Positions 8,844-18,691 of a stretch of 64,000 nt of DNA are shown piece by piece. Where the stretch lies: the NCBI GenBank assembly GCA_963812015.1, contig CAWETI010000003.1, positions 544,001 through 608,000 of the forward strand. The letters run 5' to 3'. Position 1 is the first letter of the stretch, and each line of letters starts with the position of its first letter. The position numbers were made by a program, and so were the translations under genes. This stretch comes from an uncultured delta proteobacterium (GTDB taxonomy: Bacteria > Desulfobacterota > Desulfobaccia > Desulfobaccales > 0-14-0-80-60-11). Under the pieces are notes generated by a model. It searched no databases. It worked only from the letters and a program-made list of their open reading frames with translations, and was not told where the DNA came from.

Positions 8844-10481
8844 ATGGTGAACCTTCCTGAAGACCACCAGCGGCCGCCGGTCCTGTCCTTTTGGTTCGGC
8901 GTGCTGCTGTGCGTTTTGATCCTGATCGGCAGCTTCTACAACCTGGCCAATTATCCCACCATCTGGTGGGATGAAGCCATCTTTTCGGAAACCGCCGCCA
9001 ATCTGGTCCAGCACGGCCGCTACGCCTTTACCGTGCAAAGCCCCAATCAGCTGAACGACCTGGACTTTCGGATCAGCGCCGGACCCGCGGTGATCCTCCC
9101 CGTGGCTCTGGCGTACAAGCTGCTTGGCGTCAGCCTGCTCTCCGGGCGGCTGGTGGCCGGGGCTTATATAGTCCTCACCTTCCTGGCCCTGTTCCTGGTA
9201 GCCCGTTGCCTCTGGGGCTCGGTCACGGCGCTGCTGGCGGTGGCCCTGGCCTTCCTGGGCACCGATGTCTTCTTCTGGGGCCGCTCGGTCTTGGGAGATA
9301 TTCCCGCCCTGGGGCTCTTCCTCTGCGCCACCTATTTTCTTAGCCGCGGTCTTGAGTCCCGCGCTCTCTGGCCCCTCTTTCTGGGAGGCGTATTCTTGGG
9401 GCTGGCTTTCGATGCCAAGGAGTTCTATGGGCTGGCCTTTCTCCCCCCCCTGGCGCTTCTGGCCCGACAGCATTGGGGCGATAAGCGGGGTTTGGCGGTC
9501 CGGGTCCTGGCCTTCAGTGCCGGTGCGGCCCTGCCGCCTCTGGCCTACCTGGCGCTTAAGGCGGTGATCCTGGGGAGCCTGACCGGGGCCGTGCTCCATT
9601 TTCTGGAACAGAAAAAACTTCTGTGCCACGAGTTCTTTACGCCTCTCACCATCGGCCGCATCTACCCGGAAAGTCTCTTGTTATTGCTGCAGGACCCCCT
9701 TTTCTGGCTGGGATGTCTGGGGGTCGGCTGGATTTGGAAGAAAGAGACCCCATCTCCCGGGGTTACCTTATGGGTCTGGAACTTCCTCCTCTGGAGCGCG
9801 GTTTACCTCACCGCGGTTTACTGGCATCGCTTTGCCCTGCCGGGTTTATTCCTGGCCTGCCCGCTGGCGGCCGATTTCCTCCGCAAAGTAGCGGCCCGTC
9901 TGACTTCCGGAGTTTGCAGCCGCCCGCCCCGGTGGTTGGCTCCTGGTATCATCGCAACCTCTCTGGTCTTGTTTTCCCCCATCGACGGCCTGGATTACTT
10001 CAAACAGATTCTCACCTGCCGAAATTCAGCCCCCTTGCGCCTGGTGCAGTATCTCCGGACCAAGGTGCCCACCCGCTGCCTCATCGAAACCCCGGAATAC
10101 GAGCTGGCCTTTCTGGACGACGACCACCGCATCCATCTCATGCCGTCATTTTATTTCGTGGAATCCACGCCGGACCGGATAGTGCTGCTCAACCCCCGGA
10201 AGCAACCTTACGAGTTCAACCGGGTGGGAGCGGATATCCTGATTCTGGGAACCTTTGGTAAGAGCGTCTTCAAACAGGTCTATCCCCCCGGCCTCATCAA
10301 TCGAGAATGGCGCCGGATCGCCCGGGTGGATTATTATGATATCTATGTATCTCGAAAATCTGAAAAGAAGATGGTACAATTAACGAATAAGACCCTGGCC
10401 TCCTACCATAAGGCCAGCCTGACCAGACCCGCCGCTAAGGCTAATGTCCAGGGAACGCTTGCTGATCCGTACTATCACTGA
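8844..10481 (+). CDS. ArnT/GT39-like integral membrane glycosyltransferase
   Basis: WWDEA motif after the first TM, many TM helices, C-terminal soluble domain. Confidence 0.75.
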   Translation: MVNLPEDHQRPPVLSFWFGVLLCVLILIGSFYNLANYPTIWWDEAIFSETAANLVQHGRYAFTVQSPNQLNDLDFRISAGPAVILPVALAYKLLGVSLLSGRLVAGAYIVLTFLALFLVARCLWGSVTALLAVALAFLGTDVFFWGRSVLGDIPALGLFLCATYFLSRGLESRALWPLFLGGVFLGLAFDAKEFYGLAFLPPLALLARQHWGDKRGLAVRVLAFSAGAALPPLAYLALKAVILGSLTGAVLHFLEQKKLLCHEFFTPLTIGRIYPESLLLLLQDPLFWLGCLGVGWIWKKETPSPGVTLWVWNFLLWSAVYLTAVYWHRFALPGLFLACPLAADFLRKVAARLTSGVCSRPPRWLAPGIIATSLVLFSPIDGLDYFKQILTCRNSAPLRLVQYLRTKVPTRCLIETPEYELAFLDDDHRIHLMPSFYFVESTPDRIVLLNPRKQPYEFNRVGADILILGTFGKSVFKQVYPPGLINREWRRIARVDYYDIYVSRKSEKKMVQLTNKTLASYHKASLTRPAAKANVQGTLADPYYH

Positions 10482-11223
10482 GTTTCGCCGCCGCTATCGG
10501 CAGTTTCGTTCCGGGGACGTGATTATCGGCGTCCTCCCCTTGCGGCTGGGAGAAGAGATCAAGCTCCTGGACCTGACGGAACGGGGGGTGGGGTTCTTCC
10601 CCCCGGTTTTGTCCCAACTCCTGGGCCGCTCCAAGGTGGCCCAGGCCGAAGTTCTGGCGGATTACCTGGTCCCCGGCAGTTTCGTGGCCTATGCCCTGGC
10701 GGACCTGGCCGGGCACCTCCCCGAATTTCAGGCCGGGGAGGCGGTGGTCGCCAAACGGGACCGGGCCCACCTGGGCCTGGGGGTCAGCCTCTGGCCCTCC
10801 CTGGAAACCCTTTACAGCCTGGCGAGCCTCCAGGGACTTACGTACCCCCTGGTGGTGCAGCCTTTTCTGGCCGGGGCCCGGGACTTGAGGGTGGTGGTGG
10901 TGGGCGACTATGTCGAGGCCTACGAACGGCTCAACCCCAACAGCTTTCGCAAGAATCTCTTTCAGGGAGGCTCATCCCTCCCCGCCGTCCTCACCCAGGA
11001 ACAGTGGGATTTTTGCCGGGACGTGATGACCCGGGGAAGATTTCCCTATGCCATCCTGGACGTGCTTCTCTCTCCCGAGGGCCGGCCGTATCTTTCGGAA
11101 ATCAGTTTCAAGGGGGGACTGACCGGGGCGCGTCTCTCCCAGGCTGAATTTCGCCACCGCGTCGCCGCCCTTGAAGAGGACTTTTGCCGACCATGGGAAA
11201 ACTCATCGAAGACCCGGCTCTAA
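10444..11223 (+). CDS. RimK-like ATP-grasp domain protein
   Basis: SKVAQ, K...HLGLGV, VVQPF...DLRVVVVG, FRKNLFQGG, D...EI. Confidence 0.7.
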   Translation: MSRERLLIRTITEFRRRYRQFRSGDVIIGVLPLRLGEEIKLLDLTERGVGFFPPVLSQLLGRSKVAQAEVLADYLVPGSFVAYALADLAGHLPEFQAGEAVVAKRDRAHLGLGVSLWPSLETLYSLASLQGLTYPLVVQPFLAGARDLRVVVVGDYVEAYERLNPNSFRKNLFQGGSSLPAVLTQEQWDFCRDVMTRGRFPYAILDVLLSPEGRPYLSEISFKGGLTGARLSQAEFRHRVAALEEDFCRPWENSSKTRL

Positions 11224-11873
11224 GGGATCGTCTCCATGTCTTTGCCGATCGCGCCGCGGCGGGCCAGCATTTAGCCGTCCATCTCGAGGCCTATCGGGGG
11301 GGTGATGTGCGCCTCTTCGCCATTCCCGCCGGGGGCGTCCCGGTGGCCCGGGAGATCGCACGGGCCCTGTCGATTCCCCTGGACCTCATCATTGTCCGGA
11401 AAATCCAGCTTCCCTGGACCACGGAGGCCGGCTTCGGCGCCCTGGATCCCGCCGGCCAGGCCACCCTCAATGAAGACTTGCTGCGCCGCATGCCCCTGTC
11501 ACCCGAGGACATCGAGGCCCAGGTCAAGAAGGCTGCCGCGTCCATGCGCCAGCGGGAAGACCGCCTCAGGGGCGGTAAACCCTATCCCCGCCTGAACGGC
11601 CAACCGGTCATGGTGGTGGATGACGGTTTAGCCTCGGGCTATACCATGCGGGCGGCTCTTAAGTTCCTTCAAGCCCAGGGGGCCGGCCGGCTCATCGTGG
11701 CCGTGCCCACCGGCTCCGAACGCACCGTTTGGGAGCTACTCCCCCTGGTTGATGAGCTTTACTGCCTCAATGTCCGGGGTGGCTTTTCCTTTGCCGTGGC
11801 CGACGCCTATGAAAACTGGTATGATTTAACCGAAGAGGAAGTCAAGGCCTGCTTGCCAGCGGCAGGAGCTTGA
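11193..11873 (+). CDS. Phosphoribosyltransferase-family protein
   Basis: FADRAAAG, IPAGGVPVA, VVDDGLASGYT PRPP-binding motif. Confidence 0.85.
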   Translation: MGKLIEDPALRDRLHVFADRAAAGQHLAVHLEAYRGGDVRLFAIPAGGVPVAREIARALSIPLDLIIVRKIQLPWTTEAGFGALDPAGQATLNEDLLRRMPLSPEDIEAQVKKAAASMRQREDRLRGGKPYPRLNGQPVMVVDDGLASGYTMRAALKFLQAQGAGRLIVAVPTGSERTVWELLPLVDELYCLNVRGGFSFAVADAYENWYDLTEEEVKACLPAAGA

Positions 11874-11998
11874 CCATTACTACCACCTCAGGTCAGAACC
11901 GAGACCCCATCCTCATCAGAGATTCGTGACCCTTAGACCGTGCAACAAATCGAAATCGACCTGCACCTGTCGAACGATCGCATTCGGTAAAATTCGCC

Positions 11999-13165
11999 AT
12001 GTCGAGTAATTGGTTTAATAAAAATCCAATAAAAACTCTAGTTATCCTAGTTTTGGTCATGTTTGTCTTGATCACTTATGGCGCTGAAAAAATACTTCAA
12101 TATAAAAACCGGGGAATAGGGTTTAATTATAATCTGCCGCATCGAGCCATAACTTTGAGGGAGTATCGACCGTTAATGGCAGAATGGGTGGAAGCTGGGA
12201 AAGAAGAGCAACATTATGATACTTTGGTCCGCCAAAAATATCTTCTGAGAATAGATAATGATGGTTTCATTGTGCCTTCTAAGAAATACACCAATCCGGA
12301 TATGTCTATCGTCTTTTTAGGGGGATCTACTACTGAATGCCGCTATGTTGCTGAAGACCATCGGTTTCCTTATTTAGCCGGCGTATTGCTGGAACAGCAA
12401 ACGGGAATTAAAATAAACTCTTATAATGGCGGGAGGAGTGGTAATCACTCGCTCCATTCCCTGGATATTTTGCTCAATAAGGTATTTCCCATTAAGCCTG
12501 GTATCGTAGTAATGCTTCATAATATCAATGATTTAGTTGTGTTACTTTATGAATCATCTTATTGGAACCATAACTCATCTAAACCGGTTATATTCGATAT
12601 CAATAAAGAGATAGATGCCAATTTTTATAAGATAATCCGGGATAGATATATTCCCAATCTCGCTGCGGCAATGCATAACTTCGATAAGTCACTAAGATCG
12701 TTATGGAAGTCGGGCAAGAAAAACAACGATGAATTTGCCAAAATAAGAGGCAAGCACCTGATAGTTGATAAATCTGCCATGATTGAGCAATTTGAAATGA
12801 ACTTACAGTCATTTATCTATTTATGTAAGGCGAGAAATATTATTCCGGTTCTCATGACCATGTCTAGTAGATTTAAGGAAAAACCTGACCAAATCATTTT
12901 GGATACGTTTAATAATGTCAGCATAGATTATTCTCAATTCAGAGAACTGTTCGATCTATTCAATAAGTCTATTCTTAAGAAGGCGCATGACAACAATATT
13001 ATGGTGATAGACCTGGCCCAAGAGATTCCTCAGGAAAATGAATTTATGGTTGATATCGTTCACTATACCGATAAGGGAGCCAGGAAAGCCGCCGATATCA
13101 TCAGTGACCGGCTGAAACCGGTGGTGAATACCCTGATTAAACAGCATGCCTTGCAGGCGCATTAA
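11999..13165 (+). CDS. Membrane-anchored SGNH/GDSL hydrolase-family protein (AT-rich)
   Basis: FLGGSTT, NGGRSG, HNIND, DIVH blocks; N-terminal TM; paralog of 62362-63567. Confidence 0.8.
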   Translation: MSSNWFNKNPIKTLVILVLVMFVLITYGAEKILQYKNRGIGFNYNLPHRAITLREYRPLMAEWVEAGKEEQHYDTLVRQKYLLRIDNDGFIVPSKKYTNPDMSIVFLGGSTTECRYVAEDHRFPYLAGVLLEQQTGIKINSYNGGRSGNHSLHSLDILLNKVFPIKPGIVVMLHNINDLVVLLYESSYWNHNSSKPVIFDINKEIDANFYKIIRDRYIPNLAAAMHNFDKSLRSLWKSGKKNNDEFAKIRGKHLIVDKSAMIEQFEMNLQSFIYLCKARNIIPVLMTMSSRFKEKPDQIILDTFNNVSIDYSQFRELFDLFNKSILKKAHDNNIMVIDLAQEIPQENEFMVDIVHYTDKGARKAADIISDRLKPVVNTLIKQHALQAH

Positions 13166-13222
13166 CTCGATACAAAAATTCGCCGGTGCACATCGACCGC
13201 CATTCTTACGGTTATCGTCACA

Positions 13223-13816
13223 ATGACGCGCCCAACCCGCTCTTTTCCCAAAGATCAACTGGCCTTCGACATCGACGGGGTGGTGGCCGACATCATGACC
13301 ACCTTTCTGGACCTGGCCCGGGAACGCTACAACCAGGGACATCAGCTCCGCTACGAGCACATCACCACCTTTTATTTGGAAGACTGCCTGGACCTGCCGG
13401 CCTGGATCATCGACGAACTCCTCCGGGAACTCATCGACCGTCCCCATGAACTGCCGGTGGAGCCCTTCCCCCACGCCGTGCCGGTACTGACCCGCCTGGC
13501 CCAGGAAACGCCCCTGTTGTTCGTCACCGCCCGGGACCGTCGGCAGCCCATCGAACACTGGCTGCATCGGCACCTGGCCCCGGTGCCGCCTTCAGCGATC
13601 CGGGTCCTGGCCACGGGCGACCCCGACACCAAGATCCACTACCTTAAGGACCACGGCATCCAGTACTTCGTGGAAGACCGCCTGGAAACCTGCCTCCAAC
13701 TGGCCGACCACGGCATCACCCCCATCCTCTTCGCCCAACCCTGGAACCGCCGCCCCCACCCATTCCTTGAGGTGGCGGACTGGCCGGAACTGGCCAACCT
13801 CCTCTTTGAGGATTAA
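13223..13816 (+). CDS. HAD-superfamily 5'(3')-nucleotidase (NT5C-like)
   Basis: FDIDGVVAD, VTAR, K, FVEDR, QPWN. Confidence 0.8.
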   Translation: MTRPTRSFPKDQLAFDIDGVVADIMTTFLDLARERYNQGHQLRYEHITTFYLEDCLDLPAWIIDELLRELIDRPHELPVEPFPHAVPVLTRLAQETPLLFVTARDRRQPIEHWLHRHLAPVPPSAIRVLATGDPDTKIHYLKDHGIQYFVEDRLETCLQLADHGITPILFAQPWNRRPHPFLEVADWPELANLLFED

Positions 13817-13818
13817 AG

Positions 13819-13895
13819 TTTTGGGAGAGGGGGCGATGGGCTTTTCGTAAATGGCCCCTCCCCCCTCTCCCAAACCCTCTCCGCCAACCCCCATA
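13819..13895. repeat. G/C-tract palindromic intergenic repeat, copy 1
   Basis: TTTGGGAGAGGGGG...CCCCCTCTCCCAAACCCTCTCCGCCAACCCC directly after a stop codon. Confidence 0.7.
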
Positions 13896-13996
13896 ACTGA
13901 ATTAGGGGCGAGCCGCTGGGTCGCCAGCCCTGGACGGACACGAAGGTCCTCCCCTCAAACCTTCCTTTTTCCCACAGCTTTAGATACAATATTCCC

Positions 13997-15259
13997 ATGA
14001 CGCAGCGGGAAGCAGCATTAGCGGGCCGGATCACCCCGGCTATGAAGCAGGCCGCGGCCAGTGAAGGGGTGGCCCCGGAGGTCATCCGCCAGGGGTTGGC
14101 CCAGGGCACTGTCGCGGTGCCGGCCAACCGGGAGCACCGGGGGCTTAAGCCCGCGGCCATCGGCGCCGGGGTGCGGGTCAAGATCAACGCCAACATCGGC
14201 ACCTCGCCCCACGACATCAGTCTCGAGAAGGAGCAGGCCAAGCTGGCCGCGGCCCTGGAGTATGGCGCCGATGCGGTTATGGATCTGTCCACCGGCGGCA
14301 ATCTCGATGAGATCCGCACCGCGCTGTTGGCCCGTTGCCCCGCGCCCTTCGGCACCGTACCCATCTATCAGGTGATGACCGAAGCCACCAGCCTGGATGA
14401 CGTCAAGGCCGACGATCTCCTTTCCATGGTGCACCACCACGCCAAGCAGGGGGTGGACTTCGTCACGGTGCACTGCGGCGTTACCCAGAGCGCCTTGCCC
14501 CTGTTAAAGAAAAGGGTTACCGGGGTGGTCTCCCGGGGCGGGGCTTTTCTCACCGCCTGGATGCGCCGCTACCAAAAGGAAAACCCCCTTTACGAGCATT
14601 ACGACCGACTGCTGGCGATAGCCAAAGAATACGACGTCACCCTCTCTTTGGGTGACGGCCTCCGCCCAGGCTGCCTGGCCGACGCCACCGACAAGGCCCA
14701 GCTCCACGAACTGAAGGTCCTGGGTGAGCTCACCAAACGGGCCTGGGCCAAGGGGGTCCAGGTCATGGTGGAAGGGCCGGGACATCTGCCCCTCCACGCC
14801 ATCCGGAAGAATGTCCGCCTCCAGCAGAAATACTGCGCCAACGCCCCCTTTTACGTCCTGGGGCCCCTGGTCACCGACGTGGCCTCGGGCTACGACCACA
14901 TCGCCGGGGCCATCGGCGGGGCCCTGGCCGCCACCCTGGGCGCGGCGTTTCTGTGCTACGTCACCCCGGCGGAACACCTGAAACTTCCGGAAGTGGAGGA
15001 CGTCATCGACGGGGTGGTGGCTTCCCGCATCGCCGCCCACGCCGCCGACATCGCCCGGGGCCTGCCCGGGGCCGCGGACTGGGATTTAAAGATGTCCCAG
15101 GCCCGCCGGGCCCTGGATTGGGACACCCAGATCAAACTCTCCATCAACCCCGCCAAAGCCCGGCGCTACCGGGACCTCTCCCAGGCCAAAGAAGACCAGT
15201 GCACCATGTGCGGCCGCTTCTGCGCCATGAAGGTCTTCGACGATAAGTTTGAGGAGTGA
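13997..15259 (+). CDS. thiC: Phosphomethylpyrimidine synthase ThiC (a Bza-type paralog is not excluded)
   Basis: KINANIGTS, MDLSTGG, VSRGG, SLGDGLRPG, EGPGH, YVTPAEHL, CTMCGRFC. Confidence 0.88.
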   Translation: MTQREAALAGRITPAMKQAAASEGVAPEVIRQGLAQGTVAVPANREHRGLKPAAIGAGVRVKINANIGTSPHDISLEKEQAKLAAALEYGADAVMDLSTGGNLDEIRTALLARCPAPFGTVPIYQVMTEATSLDDVKADDLLSMVHHHAKQGVDFVTVHCGVTQSALPLLKKRVTGVVSRGGAFLTAWMRRYQKENPLYEHYDRLLAIAKEYDVTLSLGDGLRPGCLADATDKAQLHELKVLGELTKRAWAKGVQVMVEGPGHLPLHAIRKNVRLQQKYCANAPFYVLGPLVTDVASGYDHIAGAIGGALAATLGAAFLCYVTPAEHLKLPEVEDVIDGVVASRIAAHAADIARGLPGAADWDLKMSQARRALDWDTQIKLSINPAKARRYRDLSQAKEDQCTMCGRFCAMKVFDDKFEE

Positions 15260-15265
15260 GAGAAC

Positions 15266-15338
15266 TTGGGGGAGGGGGCTAAGGGCGAGAGCGCTTTCCC
15301 CCCTTACAAAAAACCCCAAACCCCCTCCCCCAATCCCA
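15266..15338. repeat. G/C-tract palindromic repeat, copy 2
   Basis: TTGGGGGAGGGGG...CCCCCTCCCCCAATCCC. Confidence 0.65.
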
Positions 15339-15347
15339 TAAGTGAAA

Positions 15348-15371
15348 GTAGGGGCACGGTGAGCCGTGTCC
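15348..15371 (+). repeat. GTAG-type REP
   Basis: GTAGGGGCACGGTGAGCCGTGTCC. Confidence 0.55.
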
Positions 15372-15587
15372 AGCTTAGCAGCCCTCCCCACCTCCTCCTC
15401 GCCGGGCCGTGTCCTCCCTGCCCCGGACCTTCATCAAACCCTCAAAAAATTATCCGGGGCGGCGTCACTTTATGACAATTATGGTAATTTTATTGGGGTT
15501 ATGTTAAATTTCCCTTAAGATTCCTCCCGATCGATGGGAAGCTTGGATCCAGACCGATTTGGACCGAGACTTAAAGGAGCGACGAGG

Positions 15588-16205
15588 ATGGATTGCCTTC
15601 CGCAAAGCCACCGGGGCACCGTGACCCCCGAGACGGCGCACGGCCTTAAATTTACTCAGGCCTTGGACCAGATGCACGAGGAGCTGGGAGGAGTGCTGGC
15701 CCAACTCACTCCGGATATGGCCGAGACCCTCATCAAAGAAGTTTCAGCCGCCCCCCGGATATTCGGCTGCGCGGCCGGTCGCTCGGGATTCATCCTCCGG
15801 GGCTTCCTGATGCGGCTGATGCACCTGGGATTCACCGTTTATTTCGTGGGGGAGACCACCACCCCCAGGGTCCGCCCCGGCGACCTGCTCATCGTGATGT
15901 CGGGCTCCGGGGAGACGGCCCAGCCCCGGGAGATGCAACGCCGGGCCAACGCGGTGGGGGCCCGCACCCTGGCCCTGACCACCCACCCGGAATCCACCAT
16001 CGGCCAGGAGGGCCAGGTAACCATCAGTATTCCCGGGACCACCAAACTGACCCTCAACCAGGAAACCAAGTCGGTGCAATGCCCCGGCAGCCTGTTCGAA
16101 CAGGCCACCTTCCTTTTTCTGGAAGCGGTGGTGTTGATCCTTTACGAGCGGCGCCTGGGCCATAACCAGGGCGAAGTCCTGGACCGCCACGCGGATTTGG
16201 AATAA
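15588..16205 (+). CDS. hxlB: 6-phospho-3-hexuloisomerase (SIS domain)
   Basis: AGRSG, MRLMHLG, VGETTTP, SGSGET, GSLFEQ, C-terminal RHADLE; AAGGAG RBS. Confidence 0.9.
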   Translation: MDCLPQSHRGTVTPETAHGLKFTQALDQMHEELGGVLAQLTPDMAETLIKEVSAAPRIFGCAAGRSGFILRGFLMRLMHLGFTVYFVGETTTPRVRPGDLLIVMSGSGETAQPREMQRRANAVGARTLALTTHPESTIGQEGQVTISIPGTTKLTLNQETKSVQCPGSLFEQATFLFLEAVVLILYERRLGHNQGEVLDRHADLE

Positions 16206-16208
16206 GAC

Positions 16209-16344
16209 TTGAGGGGAGGGCTGGGGGATGACAAATCCCCCACCCTCCCCTCAAACTCCCCTCCCATCCCCCTGTAAGGGGTTGGGGAGAGGGGGCTTGG
16301 GGGAGAGGGGCAGGGGCTGTCCGCCCCTGATCCCTCTCCCCCAA
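16209..16344. repeat. G/C-tract palindromic repeat, copy 3 (long, two-hairpin form)
   Basis: TTGAGGGGAGGG...CCCTCCCCTCAA...TTGGGGGAGAGGGG...CCCTCTCCCCCAA; inverted relative to 30901-31020. Confidence 0.75.
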
Positions 16345-16366
16345 ATTACTTCTTCAGGAAATCACT

Positions 16367-17656
16367 ATGCCTGCCATCTTGCAGTTAGCGCTGGATTTTG
16401 TGGATTTGCACCGGGCGGTGCACGTGGCCGAGCGGGCCGTACCCGCCGGGGTGGATTGGGTTGAAGCCGGCACCCCCCTGATCAAGAGCGAGGGTCTAGA
16501 CGCGGTGCGGGAGTTGAAACGTCTCTTCCCCGGCAAGACCATCGTCGCCGACATGAAGATCATGGACGCGGGGCGCATCGAGGTGGAATCCGCGGCCAAG
16601 GCCGGGGCCCAGATCGTCGACGTCCTGGGGACCGCCACCGACGCCACCATCGAGGAATGTATCCAGACCGGGAAGAATTACGGGGCCAAGATCGCGGTGG
16701 ACCTCATCGCGGTGGCCGATCCGGTGGCCCGGGCCCGGCAGGTGGAGGCCCTGGGGGCCGATTACATCTCGGTGCACGTGGCCATCGATGAACAGATGCG
16801 GGGCCGGGACCCCTTTGCCATTTTGTACGAAGTGAGCCAGGCGGTGCAGGTGCCCGTGGGGGTGGCCGGGGGCATCAACTCCGAGACTGCGGCCGCGGCC
16901 GTGGCCCACGGGGCCGCCTACGTCATCGTGGGCGGCGCCATCACCAAGGCCCTGGACCCGGAAGCCGCCACCCGGGAAATCCGCCGGGCCCTGGATGAAG
17001 GTGTGGTGATTCCCACCACCCTGTTCAAGCGAGGCGGCGCCGAGGAGATCCGCCGGGTGCTGGAGATGGTGTCCGCGGCCAATCTTTCCGACGCCCTGCA
17101 CCGGGGCGGGGTGCTGGAGGGCTTGCGCTCCCTGGCCCCGGGGCTGCGCCTGGTGGGGCCGGCCCTGACGGTGCGCACCTATCCCGGGGATTGGGCCAAG
17201 CCGGTGGAGGCCATTGACCTGGCCCAGCCGGGGGACGTGCTGGTCATCGACGCCGGGGGAGTGGGGCCGGCCATCTGGGGCGAGCTGGCCACCCATTCGG
17301 CCATCCAGCGGGGGGTGGCCGGGGTGGTCATCGACGGGGCCATCCGAGACTCCGGGGACATCGTCAAACTGGGCTTCCCGGGCTTTTCCCGCCTGGTGAT
17401 GCCCAACGCCGGGGAACCCAAGGGGTTTGGGGAGATCGGCGTGCCCATCCGCATCGGCAACCAGAAAATCGAGCCCGGAGACTGGCTCCTGGGGGACGAC
17501 GATGGGGTGGCGGTCCTGCCCCGAAAAATGGCGGTGGAATACGCCAACCGGGCTATGGACGTCCTGGAAAAAGAAAACCGTATCCGGGAGGAGATCAAGG
17601 AGGGCCGGACGCTAGCCCAGGTGACGGATTTGTTGAGGTGGGAGAAGAAGGTGTGA
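16367..17656 (+). CDS. hxlA: 3-hexulose-6-phosphate synthase fused to an RraA/HMG-aldolase-like domain
   Basis: LQLALD, EAGTPLIKSEG, ADMKIMDAG, VAGGIN; C-terminal ANLSDAL, GDWAKPVEAID, WGELA, DGAIRD, GDDDG. Confidence 0.9.
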   Translation: MPAILQLALDFVDLHRAVHVAERAVPAGVDWVEAGTPLIKSEGLDAVRELKRLFPGKTIVADMKIMDAGRIEVESAAKAGAQIVDVLGTATDATIEECIQTGKNYGAKIAVDLIAVADPVARARQVEALGADYISVHVAIDEQMRGRDPFAILYEVSQAVQVPVGVAGGINSETAAAAVAHGAAYVIVGGAITKALDPEAATREIRRALDEGVVIPTTLFKRGGAEEIRRVLEMVSAANLSDALHRGGVLEGLRSLAPGLRLVGPALTVRTYPGDWAKPVEAIDLAQPGDVLVIDAGGVGPAIWGELATHSAIQRGVAGVVIDGAIRDSGDIVKLGFPGFSRLVMPNAGEPKGFGEIGVPIRIGNQKIEPGDWLLGDDDGVAVLPRKMAVEYANRAMDVLEKENRIREEIKEGRTLAQVTDLLRWEKKV

Positions 17657-17684
17657 TTTTATAGAGGCTCAGAACAACAGGAAT

Positions 17685-18458
17685 TTGATCGTGACAGCTT
17701 CACACGATATAAGAGCGGTAATACTTCAGGTCATACAGGATCAGCGCACGAAAGGGCCGATCGATGCAGGTCTGACTCAAAATTCTGTGCTCGACGAAAC
17801 AGAACATCGGATAGGTATCGGTCATGATCAGGCCATTCTTACGACTTGGCATGACCTTTTTCGCACGGGCTATTTGGCATGGGGAATGAACCTGTCAAAT
17901 CCGAATCCACCGTGGTTTCATGTCACAGCGTTTGGGAGACGTGCGCTTGCATCCTTAAGCCGCGACCCCGCCAACCCTAGCGGATACCTCAATCATCTCT
18001 ATTCGCTTGCAACGTTTAATCCAGTTGCGAAATCTTATATAGAAGAAGGACTTGAATGTTTCGTTGCTGGTCTTTACAAAGCAGCAGCAGTGATGGTCGG
18101 TGCTAGCACGGAGAGCCTTATCCTTGAGATCCGAGATTGCATAGTTCAAAGGCTCGATGCCTTTAGCCGCCCCGTCCCTAAAAAGCTCAAAGATTGGAAG
18201 TTAAAAACTGTCCTCGATGCAACGCAAACTTTCTTTGATGCGCACAAGTCCTCGTTTCCGCGGCCACTATGTGATGAGTTCGAGGCTTATTGGATGGCAT
18301 TCGCGCAGCAAATTCGCGCCGTAAGAAACGATGCTGGACATCCGACAAGTATTGATCCCGTTACGCCCGACACAATCCATGCATCGCTGCTTATATTTCC
18401 CGAGCTTGCAAAGCTCGGGGAAAAACTGAAAGCATGGGTTATTAACGACTTAAAATAA
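17685..18458 (+). CDS. Hypothetical protein with a C-terminal HEPN-like domain
   Basis: EGLECF..GLYKAAAVMVGASTE helix and an RNDAGH (Rx4H) motif; lower GC than neighbours. Confidence 0.7.
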   Translation: MIVTASHDIRAVILQVIQDQRTKGPIDAGLTQNSVLDETEHRIGIGHDQAILTTWHDLFRTGYLAWGMNLSNPNPPWFHVTAFGRRALASLSRDPANPSGYLNHLYSLATFNPVAKSYIEEGLECFVAGLYKAAAVMVGASTESLILEIRDCIVQRLDAFSRPVPKKLKDWKLKTVLDATQTFFDAHKSSFPRPLCDEFEAYWMAFAQQIRAVRNDAGHPTSIDPVTPDTIHASLLIFPELAKLGEKLKAWVINDLK

Positions 18459-18493
18459 CCGATTCCATCTAAACTGGGGCGAAATTTAGAGCA

Positions 18494-18558
18494 GTATGGT
18501 GCGTTCCACGCACCATCACGGGTCGGCGGGATAAAAAGGTGCGTAAAACGCACCCTAC
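18494..18558. repeat. GTAG-type REP doublet
   Basis: GTATGGTGCGTTCCACGCACCATC ... AGGTGCGTAAAACGCACCCTAC. Confidence 0.7.
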
Positions 18559-18656
18559 GATTCGTGGCAAAGCAATCAGCCACCCCCGTCGGTTTGCTGG
18601 ATTTCGCCCCTTCCTGCCTTAATCCACCAGAAATTCCGTAATCCCAGACTTTCCCC

Positions 18657-18685
18657 TTGCTTTGTATGCTAATTGTACATACAAT
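18657..18685 (+). promoter_or_regulatory. Sigma70 promoter and palindromic operator of brnTA
   Basis: TTGCTT-17-TACAAT overlapping TGTATG-N9-CATACA. Confidence 0.6.
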
Positions 18686-18691
18686 ATAATA

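Noticed and set aside
13896..13996. TPP or cobalamin riboswitch before thiC
   Set aside because: The CTGAGA/ACCTGA and B12-box motifs are absent; the space is filled by repeat-derived hairpins
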